A stretch of 64,000 nt of DNA from a candidate division FCPU426 bacterium (GCA_963840035.1 CAWIXE010000002.1:736001-800000), one strand, 5' to 3'. Positions 30,497-40,523 are shown, counted from the stretch's first letter. Numbers and translations: made by a program. The notes: generated by a model from the sequence alone, not told the origin.

Positions 30497-31854
30497 TGGC
30501 TGAAATTATTTTTCCGGAGGGCTTTTTATGGGGTACGGGCACTTCAGCCTACCAGATAGAGGGCGCGTGGAACAGGGACGGCAAAGGCCCGTCCATATGG
30601 GATGAATACACACACATACCCGGAAACATAAAGAATAACGACACAGGGGATACGGCCTGCGACCATTACTACAGGTTTAAGGAAGACGTGGCCATCATGA
30701 AGGAACTCGGCCTGACCAGCTACAGATTTTCATTATCATGGCCGAGGATTTTTCCGGAGGGACGCGGTACAGTCAATAAAAAAGGGGTGAGGTTTTACGA
30801 CGACCTTATTAATGAACTGCTAGCCAACGGCATAGAGCCATTTGTCACGCTTTACCACTGGGATATGCCTTCAGCATTAATGGATAAGGGCGGCATGGAA
30901 GACAGGGAATTCATAAAAATTTTTGCCGACTATGCTGATTTTGCTTTTGAGCATTTCGGGGACAGGGTTAAAAAGTGGATTACATTCAATGAACCGTGGG
31001 TGGTCACATATATATCCCTGGCAAAAGGGTTCATGCCGCCAAAGGCAAGGTCCATTGACCGCGCTTTAAAGGCGACACACATCCTTAATTTATCGCACGC
31101 CGCGGCGGTTAAAAGGTTCAGGTACAGGAATATTAAAGGCGGCATAATAGGCGCGGCTCACTGCGCGTTTCATTTTTATCCCAATACTGATACAAGGACA
31201 AATCATGAAGCGGCCGCGCTGGCTGACGGCTATATGAACAGGATATTCTGGGAACCCGGCCTTATAGGCTCCTATCCCGCTGAAATGATATCGTACTTTG
31301 ACACAGTCCACAAAGCGGAGTTTGGCATTGATAAAGGGGATATGGACCTTATTAAGAACAATACTTCTGATTTTATGGGGGCGAATTATTATTTCAGGCT
31401 TATGGTAAAAGACCCGGGGAAAAAGAGCGATTTCAGGGAGACAAGCCACGTTTACATGGGCGGCAATGAAGAGCACAGGACAGACATAGGCTGGGAAGTA
31501 TACCCCGAAGGCCTTTATGACTTATTAAAACGCCTTGAAAGGGATTATAAAAAGGACGTATATATAACTGAGAACGGTATTGCGTGCAAAGATTCAGCCC
31601 GTGAGAACGGGATGATACAGGATGATGACAGAATTGAATATGTAAGAAAACACTTGGAATCCTGCAACAGGGCAATTAAAGAAGGGGTAAAACTAAAAGG
31701 GTATTACCTGTGGTCGCTGATGGATAATTTTGAGTGGTCGCACGGCTATTCAAAAAAATTCGGCATAGTAAGCGTGGAACCCGGCAATCTTAAGAGGCAT
31801 CTAAAAAAGAGCGCGTTGTGGTACAGGGAAGTGATAAGGGATAACGGCTTTTAG
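30496..31854 (+). CDS. GH1 beta-glucosidase, cytoplasmic
   Basis: SAYQIEGAW, TLYHWD, TFNEP, YITENG, DNFEW. TAATG coupling with GH74. Confidence 0.95.
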   Translation: MAEIIFPEGFLWGTGTSAYQIEGAWNRDGKGPSIWDEYTHIPGNIKNNDTGDTACDHYYRFKEDVAIMKELGLTSYRFSLSWPRIFPEGRGTVNKKGVRFYDDLINELLANGIEPFVTLYHWDMPSALMDKGGMEDREFIKIFADYADFAFEHFGDRVKKWITFNEPWVVTYISLAKGFMPPKARSIDRALKATHILNLSHAAAVKRFRYRNIKGGIIGAAHCAFHFYPNTDTRTNHEAAALADGYMNRIFWEPGLIGSYPAEMISYFDTVHKAEFGIDKGDMDLIKNNTSDFMGANYYFRLMVKDPGKKSDFRETSHVYMGGNEEHRTDIGWEVYPEGLYDLLKRLERDYKKDVYITENGIACKDSARENGMIQDDDRIEYVRKHLESCNRAIKEGVKLKGYYLWSLMDNFEWSHGYSKKFGIVSVEPGNLKRHLKKSALWYREVIRDNGF

Positions 31855-31927
31855 AAGTTTATAATTGAAAATTCAGAATTTAGAATTCGGAATCCGTTTG
31901 TTGATTAACATTTGATTAACAAAACCG

Positions 31928-31956
31928 TTGATTTATTAATGCGGCGGATGTATAAT
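31928..31956 (+). promoter_or_regulatory. sigma70 promoter of the tandem LacI genes
   Basis: TTGATT-17 bp-TATAAT. Confidence 0.65.
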
Positions 31957-31980
31957 AATTATTGTAAACAGGAGGCTGAC

Positions 31981-33012
31981 TTGGAAAAACACGCGACATT
32001 AAGCGACATAGCAAAGATAGCGAAACTAGCCAAAGGCACAGTTTCAATGGCCTTGAACAATGACAGCCGTATTTCGGCTGAGACCAGGAAAAAAGTCCAG
32101 AAAATCGCTGAAAAGCTCAATTATTACCCCAATGAATCCGCAAAAAAGCTCGCTACCGGAAACACGGATTCCATAGCTTTTATCTCAATGAAATTTACCG
32201 CTTCATTCTACTCAAGCATCTTAAGCGCCGTGGAAGACAGGGCTTTTAAGACGGGGAAATACATGCACGGCATTACGCCGTATTCAACCAGGAATATTTT
32301 GAGCGTAAAGGAAAATCTCCTCAAAAAAATATTGTATGGAAGGAAAGCTGACGCTGTAGTGCTTTTTACGTCAAAGCCCAGCGTGGAAATAGTCCAGCAG
32401 TATATAAAGAACAGGATACCCCTGATACTCGTGGAAAACGAGATGAAAGGCGTGCATTCGGTTAAGCTTGATGATTTTTCCGGGGCGTATAAGGCTACAG
32501 ATTACCTGATAAAAAAATATGGTAAAAATGTCGGAATAATCATAGGAGAAACACAGCCTCCGCTCGGGGAAGAAGCGCACTATCCGTCCATTGAAAGGCT
32601 CAAAGGCTATAAAAAAGCTCTCTCTGACAACATGCTTGAGTTTGACAAGAATTATGTAAAATATGTCAGGAATTATTCCTATGATGACGGAAGGGAAAGC
32701 ACGCTTTCATTCCTGCGCGCCAAAACACCCATCCGTTCGCTTTTCTGCGCGGCAGGGGATGTTACCGCCATTGGAGCCATAGACCAGCTTAAGAAGGAAA
32801 ATATCAGGGTACCGCAGGATATACCTGTCATAGGATATGACGATATTTTAGCCGCGAAATTCCTTAATCCGGCCTTAACCACCGTAAGGCAGCCTCTGGA
32901 AGAACTCGGCAATATCATATTTGACATTGCCATTGACTCAATTGAGGGTAAGATAACAGAGGAAAAACACATAAAAATAGAGCCTGAACTTATCAAAAGG
33001 GAATCGGCATGA
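31981..33012 (+). CDS. LacI family transcriptional regulator
   Basis: TTG start after GGAGG. TLSDIAKIAKLAKGTVSMALN HTH; IGYDD, LTTVRQP, IKRES. Confidence 0.93.
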   Translation: MEKHATLSDIAKIAKLAKGTVSMALNNDSRISAETRKKVQKIAEKLNYYPNESAKKLATGNTDSIAFISMKFTASFYSSILSAVEDRAFKTGKYMHGITPYSTRNILSVKENLLKKILYGRKADAVVLFTSKPSVEIVQQYIKNRIPLILVENEMKGVHSVKLDDFSGAYKATDYLIKKYGKNVGIIIGETQPPLGEEAHYPSIERLKGYKKALSDNMLEFDKNYVKYVRNYSYDDGRESTLSFLRAKTPIRSLFCAAGDVTAIGAIDQLKKENIRVPQDIPVIGYDDILAAKFLNPALTTVRQPLEELGNIIFDIAIDSIEGKITEEKHIKIEPELIKRESA

Positions 33013-34040
33013 AAAAAGTAACCATAAGGGACGTTGCAAAAGCCGCAAAAGTTTCTTATGTGACAGTTTCAAACGTGATTAATTCAACGGGCAGGATGTC
33101 TGAAAAGACAAAAAACAGGGTTTTAAAGGTCATTGAAAAAATGGACTTTCACCCGGATTTGTCAGCCAGGATACTGGCCCGTGGAAAGTCGGACGCGATT
33201 GCATTTGTAAGTTCATACCTTTCTTCGCCGTTTGTAATTGGCGTGCTTTCAGGGGTGGAACGCCGTATCTTTGAGACGGATAAGATGAAGCACAGGCTGG
33301 AGCATTATGCCACGCACGGCGCTACGGAACTCAAGGACGTAACCCTTAAAAACATACTTTACGGAAAAAAGGCTGACGCGGTAATAATGCTGACCATCAA
33401 ACCCGACATAAAACTGATGAAACAGTTCAAGGAAAGGGCCATACCTGTTATTCTTGTGGAAAACTCGACGCCGGGCGCGCATAGCGTAAGGATTGACAAT
33501 TACCGCGGTTCCTATGACGCGGTGGATTACCTTGTCAAAAAAGGAAGAAAGAAGATAGTATACATAAGCGGGCCCATGGGGCCAAGCGCCTATGATGAAG
33601 AGGAAAACCCTGTGGTCATGGACAGATTTAACGGTTATAAAGACGCGCTAAAGGACAATGGCATTGAGTTTGACCAGAACATGGTTTTTCCTGTGATATA
33701 TTTTAACCAGGAGGAAGGCATGCGCATTATGGAACTGCTGCGCAGGTCGTCCATGAAGGCAGACGCCATTTTTTCAGCGGCGGGCGACATGGTTGCGCTT
33801 GGCATCCTTTATCAGGCAAAAAAATACGGGATAAAAATCCCTGAGGATATTTCACTTGTGGGGTTTGATGATGTGGCGGTGGCTTCGGTAATGACCCCGC
33901 CGCTTACAACCGTAAGACAGCCGATGGATGAAATGGGAAGAGTGGCATTTGACCTGGCAGTAAAGTCGCTTGATGACCCCAATTTAAAAACACAGACAAT
34001 TATTTTAAAACCGGAACTTATAATACGGGAAAGCACATAA
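33009..34040 (+). CDS. LacI family transcriptional regulator
   Basis: TIRDVAKAAKVSYVTVSNVIN HTH; VGFDD, LTTVRQP, IIREST. ATGA overlap with the previous gene. Confidence 0.95.
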   Translation: MKKVTIRDVAKAAKVSYVTVSNVINSTGRMSEKTKNRVLKVIEKMDFHPDLSARILARGKSDAIAFVSSYLSSPFVIGVLSGVERRIFETDKMKHRLEHYATHGATELKDVTLKNILYGKKADAVIMLTIKPDIKLMKQFKERAIPVILVENSTPGAHSVRIDNYRGSYDAVDYLVKKGRKKIVYISGPMGPSAYDEEENPVVMDRFNGYKDALKDNGIEFDQNMVFPVIYFNQEEGMRIMELLRRSSMKADAIFSAAGDMVALGILYQAKKYGIKIPEDISLVGFDDVAVASVMTPPLTTVRQPMDEMGRVAFDLAVKSLDDPNLKTQTIILKPELIIREST

Positions 34041-34089
34041 TTTATAGATGTTTTTTACGTTTTGTCCTAAAAAAAACCTGACGAAAAAT

Positions 34090-34117
34090 TTGACTTGTTG
34101 AATTCGAATGCTATAAT
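34090..34117 (+). promoter_or_regulatory. sigma70 promoter upstream of the diguanylate cyclase
   Basis: TTGACT-16 bp-TATAAT with TG extension. Confidence 0.6.
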
Positions 34118-34246
34118 AGTAATATAAATATAAAACTGCATTTAAAGGCAGACTTACGGGTCTCTAAACAAAAATATTGTTATAACCTAATATACCCAAA
34201 ATCAACTCAAATCACCCTGTGCGTATTCTGTTTCCCGGGAGGGATT

Positions 34247-36592
34247 ATGAGCCGACCGCTGCGCTTACTTATTATTGACGATTCCGAGCCTGATTCCATA
34301 CTTATTATTAATGAGTTAAAAAACTACGGATTTAATATGTCATGGATGCGGGTGGATACAGCTGACGCGCTTAAACACGAGCTACACACAAAAGAGTGGG
34401 ATATAATAATATGCGATTATATCATGCCCATGTTTTCAGCCATGGACGCCATAAATATCATCAATAAAGAAAAAATTGATGTCCCGGTCATTGTAATGAC
34501 AGGCATGCTCACCGATGACATAGCGCCTGAATTGATAAGGGCCGGAGCGAGCGACTTTATATCGAAAAATGAAATAAACAGGCTTTCAGCCGCTGTCGAG
34601 CGGGAGTTAAAAAGGACTGTGGCCGCAGTTGAGGAGAAAATAACAGAAGAGGAAAAAAAGATCAAAACCTTTAGCAAGCCGGTTTACAGGAAACCGCTGC
34701 TGAACATCGCAGGCAGGTTTGCCGTGGTCTTTGGGATAATTTCTGCTGTAGTCATATCCTACACGCTGATAATTGCGTTTAAGTCGGCAAAGGACACTGA
34801 AGCGCTGATATACGCGCAGGTGGTAGCCATGTCAGGCTCGGTTGCGTCCGCGATAAGCGATTTTAATACCCATGATAACGGCATTAGCGGGGAATCGCTC
34901 GTTAAGACGCAGGAATATTTAAAAGACTTGAAAAATACCCTTAACTATGAATCCGCAGTCATATTGCCGGGTGGGGGAATACTGGCAGGTTTTGGTTCTG
35001 TTGCAAACAGTATTTACAAGGCCGGCATGGGAAGTTCGGTTGACAGGGTTATGGAAGACGGCGCCACGATGAAAATCCGGCTGCCATCCGATAACGGACA
35101 TATCGCCGAGGTACTGCTCACCAGGATTAACAAATTTTCAGGGCCGGTTGAAGGCGTCCTGGCCATTGATTATTCGGACTACTACAGCGCAGTGACCGAA
35201 CTTGCACGGGTCAACGCTGAAATTGGGTTGTTAATAATTGCTTTCTCGCTGATTATTATCGCGCTGGCGGTTTATCTCGCGGCTGATTCCTTTATACGCC
35301 CCATACGCGAGATTAAAAAGGCTACGGAGCTTATTTCGGCAGGCGACCTTGATACTCCGGTAAATATTAAAAGCTTTGATGAAATGGGCGAAATTGCCTT
35401 GTCTTTTGACGGAATGAGGGCATGCCTGAAGGAGAACATGGAAAAATTGAAGGCGGAAATCAGCGACAGGCACCTTGCCGAGCAGGCGCTTCAGTCGCTT
35501 CATCTTAAGCTTACAAGGTGGGTATCGGAGCTTGATAAAAGGACCCACGAAATAACCCTTATGAACCAGATGGGAAAGATGCTTCAGTCCTGTAAAAACG
35601 TGGAGGAATTCCATCAGGTTACTTTGCGTTACGCGGAACAGCTTTTTCCGGATGACCACGGCGCCGTTTACATGTTCAATGATTCCGGAAAGTTCATGGA
35701 AGCGGTATGCATGTGGGGGAAAGAACCCATAGAACACAGTTTTGCCCCGGATGAATGCTGGTCTTTACGCAGCGGCCATCTGTATACGGCTGACTCGCCG
35801 GATAACCCCAATATGCTTTGCAGGCATATAAGGGCAAGGGGTTTTGACAAGAGCCAGGTTGAGACCATATGCGTGCCCATGATGGCGCAGGGCGAGACCA
35901 TAGGCATGTTCCACATACGCAGCACCCCCAAGCCGGGCGATACCGCCACGAACATCCATTCAAAGAGAAGTTTTGCCAGGGAACAGCTGGTAGGGGCGGT
36001 AGCGGAGCAAATCACCCTTGCGCTGTCAAATCTGAAGCTGCAGGATTCCTTAAGGCAGCAGTTAATATTGGACCCCCTGACCGGCCTCTTTAACAGGCGC
36101 TACATGAAAGATTCGCTTGAAAGAGAATTGTACAGGGCTAAAAGGCACAATATCCCGTTTGGCGTCATTATGCTGGACATTGATTTCTTTAAGAAATTCA
36201 ATGATTCATACGGACATGATATCGGGGATATGGTCCTGGAACGCATAGGAAAGCTTATCAAATCAGCGGTTAGGCCTGAGGATATAGCGTGCAGGTACGG
36301 CGGCGAGGAATTTCTTGTTATTTTGCCCGGGACTACCATGGAAGGGACAAATCAGTGCGCGGCAAGGATACTCAGCGAGTCGCATAACATAAAGATAAAA
36401 AATAAGGGTGTGATGCTGGGCGGGGTTACAGTATCGCTTGGAGTGGCGGCTTTCCCCGCAAACGGGGTTACGATAGAACAGGTGGTAAAGGCGGCTGATA
36501 ACGCGCTTCTGGAGGCGAAAAATTCCGGAAGGGACCGGATAATACTGAGCAATGAGACCTTCCCCCTGGCGGATAATCAACATTTACAATAA
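34247..36592 (+). CDS. Diguanylate cyclase: REC-TM-sensor-TM-HAMP-GAF-GGDEF
   Basis: LIIDD/CDYIMP receiver; HAMP GDL...DEMGEIA; DPLTGLFNRR; RPED I-site and RYGGEEF. Confidence 0.92.
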   Translation: MSRPLRLLIIDDSEPDSILIINELKNYGFNMSWMRVDTADALKHELHTKEWDIIICDYIMPMFSAMDAINIINKEKIDVPVIVMTGMLTDDIAPELIRAGASDFISKNEINRLSAAVERELKRTVAAVEEKITEEEKKIKTFSKPVYRKPLLNIAGRFAVVFGIISAVVISYTLIIAFKSAKDTEALIYAQVVAMSGSVASAISDFNTHDNGISGESLVKTQEYLKDLKNTLNYESAVILPGGGILAGFGSVANSIYKAGMGSSVDRVMEDGATMKIRLPSDNGHIAEVLLTRINKFSGPVEGVLAIDYSDYYSAVTELARVNAEIGLLIIAFSLIIIALAVYLAADSFIRPIREIKKATELISAGDLDTPVNIKSFDEMGEIALSFDGMRACLKENMEKLKAEISDRHLAEQALQSLHLKLTRWVSELDKRTHEITLMNQMGKMLQSCKNVEEFHQVTLRYAEQLFPDDHGAVYMFNDSGKFMEAVCMWGKEPIEHSFAPDECWSLRSGHLYTADSPDNPNMLCRHIRARGFDKSQVETICVPMMAQGETIGMFHIRSTPKPGDTATNIHSKRSFAREQLVGAVAEQITLALSNLKLQDSLRQQLILDPLTGLFNRRYMKDSLERELYRAKRHNIPFGVIMLDIDFFKKFNDSYGHDIGDMVLERIGKLIKSAVRPEDIACRYGGEEFLVILPGTTMEGTNQCAARILSESHNIKIKNKGVMLGGVTVSLGVAAFPANGVTIEQVVKAADNALLEAKNSGRDRIILSNETFPLADNQHLQ

Positions 36593-36617
36593 GATCATAT
36601 TTTTATGGAGGTGATCC

Positions 36618-37076
36618 ATGGCAACAGAGGTAAAATGCGCTGACATTTTGATTGTTGAGGATAACCCCGGTGACGCAAAACTTGTAATGATGGCAATCAG
36701 GAAATCCGACCCGGGGAAAGAGGTCCTTTGGCTTGAAGACGGTGAAAAAGCCCTTAATTACCTTATGGGTGAAGGCGCGTACTCAACCCGCAATACAAAG
36801 AACCAGCCGCAGCTTATTCTCCTTGACCTGACATTGCCAAAACTAAGCGGAAAAGAACTGCTTCGGAAACTTAAGGCGAGTAAAATAACAAATAAGATAG
36901 AGATTGTTATCCTGACCGGGTCACAAAATGAGGCGGATCTGGCTGAGAGTTATGGATTTGGCGTTAAGACATATATCAGGAAACAGATAGCGGCAAAGAA
37001 CTGTATCAGGTTCATATGCGGCGAGGGCAGGGAAAATGACATAGAAAAGATACTTTCAGAGGCCTACAAGGAATAA
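36618..37076 (+). CDS. Single-domain response regulator
   Basis: ILIVEDN, LILLDLTLP, ILTGS, YIRK. GGAGG RBS. Confidence 0.9.
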   Translation: MATEVKCADILIVEDNPGDAKLVMMAIRKSDPGKEVLWLEDGEKALNYLMGEGAYSTRNTKNQPQLILLDLTLPKLSGKELLRKLKASKITNKIEIVILTGSQNEADLAESYGFGVKTYIRKQIAAKNCIRFICGEGRENDIEKILSEAYKE

Positions 37077-37129
37077 TTTTACGCCATTAATCCGGTTATG
37101 GTATAATTTTAATATGACCGGAGGTTAAA

Positions 37130-38341
37130 ATGGCTGAAACAGGCGGTAAAAACAATTCTTTTTTTTCAGGGATGTACGCTTTAGCCGCGATAGGGGTCGT
37201 GGTTTTCGCCGCGGCAGGGCTTGACCTGCTAAGCACACGGACAGGCATTATTTTCCTCGCGCTTTACACTCTAATGGCAGTCCTTTTCATAACCGGACAC
37301 ATAAAAATACTCTTCCTTGGTTTTGCCTTAATTTCCACGGCGCTTACATTCTCTTTCCTTTGGATATCGGCTGATTTAAACATCATAGCAGGCCCGCCGG
37401 GACTTATATTTCTGGTGATGTGGACCGTTGTTATGATGCTTTTCCTGGAATACTTCTTTGTCTCATCTGATAAAAGGCTGGAAAAAATGGATTTCTATAA
37501 AAAATACACCTTTTTGAATATGCTCCAGGTATTCATAATCATGATATCAATGGCGCTGGTTTTCTTCGGCCCCAGGATCACTGCCCTTGAAGGCAACACC
37601 CAGGCAATTGTGCTTGACCTGGTTACTGTGCTGGTCATACTCTTTACCGCATCAGCGGTATTATTCGGTATTTTCATATATCAGAATTTTTCCTCTGCCA
37701 GGTTCATGGCCGATTTCGCGCAGTCGCTATCGGGGTTGTCATCCGGCGCTGAAAGTGAAAAACCGCCTGTTGAAATTGAGAAGACCTTCAGGCGGATGCG
37801 GCTTTTCAGCTATGTGCTTTTAGCCGCCTCGCTCATAAGCATTTACCTGATAGCCAGATACAGGATAATTGACATTTATGCGTCAGTAATGTCACAAAGA
37901 AACAGCTTTATGTACGCGCTGATGAACTTCAGGCTGCCGCCGGCTGTGCTGTCGCTCATGAAAACAGGCTTTTTCATCTTTGATATCATTATCCTGAAGG
38001 AAATAATTGAAATGCTGACCCATAAGAAAATAGGGGACCTTATAAATAACCTGATTGACAAAACAGCACCTGTTAAAGGCGGGCCTTTTAGTGCTGCTGA
38101 AACAGGAGAGGGAAGGTTAATCAAGGGTTTTATCAGCGAAAATTGCGCCTTAAAGCACGGCACAAAAGACGGGTTGTGCGATGTTTGCGCGCCGGTACTT
38201 GAATACGCTATGGCAAAGCTTCAGGTTTGCCCGTACATGCGCGGCAATATATACGAAAAGCCGCCATGCAGCGCGTGCCCAAAAGACTGCTATAGCCCGG
38301 ACATGAGAGCCTTTGTTAAGGATATATACAAATACTGGTAA
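37130..38341 (+). CDS. Multi-pass membrane protein with C-terminal YgbA-like (nitrous-oxide-stimulated promoter family) Cys domain
   Basis: About 8 hydrophobic segments, then C..H....LC..C....YA......CP.......KP.C..CP..CYSP, the same spacing as the 39256 ORF. Confidence 0.75.
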   Translation: MAETGGKNNSFFSGMYALAAIGVVVFAAAGLDLLSTRTGIIFLALYTLMAVLFITGHIKILFLGFALISTALTFSFLWISADLNIIAGPPGLIFLVMWTVVMMLFLEYFFVSSDKRLEKMDFYKKYTFLNMLQVFIIMISMALVFFGPRITALEGNTQAIVLDLVTVLVILFTASAVLFGIFIYQNFSSARFMADFAQSLSGLSSGAESEKPPVEIEKTFRRMRLFSYVLLAASLISIYLIARYRIIDIYASVMSQRNSFMYALMNFRLPPAVLSLMKTGFFIFDIIILKEIIEMLTHKKIGDLINNLIDKTAPVKGGPFSAAETGEGRLIKGFISENCALKHGTKDGLCDVCAPVLEYAMAKLQVCPYMRGNIYEKPPCSACPKDCYSPDMRAFVKDIYKYW

Positions 38342-38399
38342 TTTGTTTTGTTTTTTGATACCATTAAGGTATAATTAAGAAAAAATAAAGGCGGGATAC

Positions 38400-39242
38400 A
38401 TGGCAGAAAACATGAATGTGCGTAAGAAAACAGATTCACATACCGTTGCTGTCGTAACTCCCCTGGTGGCAAACAGTTTTTTAAGCGAACTTTTAGAGGG
38501 CATCCAGACGGAATTTATGAAACTGGAATACGACATGCTTCTTTACGCTACCAGGGTGGCCGCCAAAAATGATTTTTATATACTTGAGAGGATACTGAAG
38601 GAAAAGAAGGTCTCGGCCTGCATAGTGGTGTCGCTGCCCATGAGCAGGGACATGCTTTCCGCGTATAAAGCGGCGGGCATTGAAGTGGTTTTAGTTGAAG
38701 GGCACCAGGAAGGAGCGCACCTGGTAAGGGTCGATAACACAAAGGGGGCTTATGACGGCACCGAGTACTTAATCAGGAAGGGGAAAAAGCGCGTGGGCGT
38801 CATACTCGGCAATCCTGATTATGTTAAGTCCCAGAAGGAACGTCTTGACGGGTATAAGGCTGCGTTGGAGGCCAATAAGATTAAATATGACCCCAGATAT
38901 GTCTGGGAACTCAATAATTACGCCTATAAAGAAGGCAGGGAAGGATTGCTTTATATGTGGGAAAATTACGCTGACGCGGTCTTTTGTTTCGCCGGGGACC
39001 ACGTGGCCTATGGCATCATAGAAGAGGCGAGAAAGCAGGATATACGCGTTCCGGTGGATATGCCTGTCATGGGTTTCGACGATATTGAAATGTCGGCTGC
39101 GGTCAACCTTACCACCATCCGTCAGCCCATAAGGGAAATGGGAATAGCGGCCTCAAAGTTTGCCATTAACGCTTTAAACGGACATAAGGAAATTCAGGAG
39201 GCAGTATTTACGCCTGAACTTATCATCAGGGAAACCGCATAA
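38400..39242 (+). CDS. LacI-type ligand-binding protein lacking the N-terminal HTH
   Basis: Begins at the hinge/core boundary (TDSHTVAVV). DNTKGAY, MGFDD, LTTIRQP, IIRET present; no HTH. Confidence 0.85.
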   Translation: MAENMNVRKKTDSHTVAVVTPLVANSFLSELLEGIQTEFMKLEYDMLLYATRVAAKNDFYILERILKEKKVSACIVVSLPMSRDMLSAYKAAGIEVVLVEGHQEGAHLVRVDNTKGAYDGTEYLIRKGKKRVGVILGNPDYVKSQKERLDGYKAALEANKIKYDPRYVWELNNYAYKEGREGLLYMWENYADAVFCFAGDHVAYGIIEEARKQDIRVPVDMPVMGFDDIEMSAAVNLTTIRQPIREMGIAASKFAINALNGHKEIQEAVFTPELIIRETA

Positions 39243-39255
39243 AAGGAATTTCTAC

Positions 39256-39591
39256 ATGAATGAGGATAAAAAGATAAAAAGGGAACGCGAAACAATAAAA
39301 ATAATGATAAAAATGTACTGCCATGACATCCATAAGACTCCAAAAAGTGTTCTTTGCGGCGACTGCAGCCGGATTACGGATTACGCCATGCAGAGAATCG
39401 ACAAATGTCCCTTCATTTTGGACAAGCCAACCTGCCTGAAGTGCCCGGTGCATTGCTACAGCCCGGAAAACAGGGAGCACATCCGGCGGATTATGCGCCA
39501 CAGCGGCCCGAGGATGCTTGGAAGCCATCCTGTCCTGGCAATTTTGCACCTTCTTGACGGTTCGAGGAGGGTAAAATATCCGCTGAAGTGA
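39256..39591 (+). CDS. YgbA (nitrous-oxide-stimulated promoter) family protein
   Basis: RERETI..MI.MYC...H, LC.DC, CPF...KPTC.KCPVHCY, IMR.SGPRM..HP. Confidence 0.9.
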   Translation: MNEDKKIKRERETIKIMIKMYCHDIHKTPKSVLCGDCSRITDYAMQRIDKCPFILDKPTCLKCPVHCYSPENREHIRRIMRHSGPRMLGSHPVLAILHLLDGSRRVKYPLK

Positions 39592-40196
39592 AGTTACACA
39601 TCCTGAAACTTCCGTTCCGGGACGTTTCAGACCCTGTCCGGGCGCGCTCTCGGGTGATTTTTTCAGAATTTTTTCTGTTTTCACTCTCCTTTAAAATTTT
39701 TTTTTAAGAAAATAAAAAAAATCGTCCGCGTGAAAAAAACGCGAAAAATATGTTTGACCAGCCTAACAATGTCTAAAAAAAACACTGATTTCTCACCAGG
39801 ATCGTTTCTGTTGAGAGATTTTTATTTTCGGCTACAATCACCCTGGCAAAAAAAAATATCGCGTTTTTTATTTTAGGTTTTTTTATGGATGTTCGGCGCT
39901 CCGGGACCATATAAAATTTTATAAAGCGGGACGATTTTGGGGCAACTTGTACACCGGGAAGAAACACGTGCGCGATTTAAGCTGCCGGTCATGGATGCGG
40001 ATGCAATTGAACCCGGGACCAGCCGGACTACCATATTTGGGGCTTTTTTAGGGGGTGCAGATATGCCTGCCTTATAAAAATATCGCGTTGTAGGGCATCC
40101 TGAACGCCCGATAAACACATAACAATGCTGCAATCAGGCTATAATTGCTTTGTTTTGATGATTATATTGAAAGTTATAATACACATGTGCATGCGT

Positions 40197-40228
40197 TGTG
40201 GATAGGGGAGTTATCCACATATGGATAA
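40197..40228. promoter_or_regulatory. Cluster of three DnaA-box-like 9-mers
   Basis: Perfect TTATCCACA (40211-40219). One-mismatch boxes on -: TGTGGATAG (40197-40205) and TATGGATAA (40220-40228). Confidence 0.6.
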
Positions 40229-40495
40229 GGTGTGAATTGCACAAAGGCTATTTTAAATTTTCGATTTTCAATTTTAAATTTAGAAAACAAATATAGATCT
40301 TAAAGATTTGTAACCCAACTATGGCCTAGAAAAAACATTAAGCATATAAAAAAATCCCATACAAACATGGCGGATAGTTTTGAGTTAAAGTATTGGATGA
40401 AGATTAAAAATCGACCACGAGCCGCCGGACAGCCTGCGGGGCTGCGCGGCAGTGAAGGCAACGTTAATTATGTACGGTTTATTTTCGGACATTCT

Positions 40496-40523
40496 AGTTA
40501 ACATAATATACATTATGCGAAGT
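40496..40523 (-). other. dif: dif site (XerC/XerD chromosome dimer resolution site)
   Basis: Minus strand reads ACTTCGCATAA-TGTATA-TTATGTTAACT, matching the 11-6-11 dif layout (E. coli GGTGCGCATAA-TGTATA-TTATGTTAAAT). It sits where gene orientation converges. Confidence 0.92.

Noticed and set aside
34118..34246. c-di-GMP riboswitch in the diguanylate cyclase leader
   Set aside because: Only short word matches (GGCA, GGGTCT); no GNRA/receptor two-stem architecture could be built.
39603..39630. Hairpin CTGAAAC...GTTTCAG after ygbA as a terminator
   Set aside because: Imperfect stem with no adjacent U-tract; not enough support.
40197..40310. Chromosomal oriC
   Set aside because: Genes converge rather than diverge, dif is adjacent, there are only three boxes and no dnaA/dnaN/gidA context. 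Kept only as a DnaA-box cluster.
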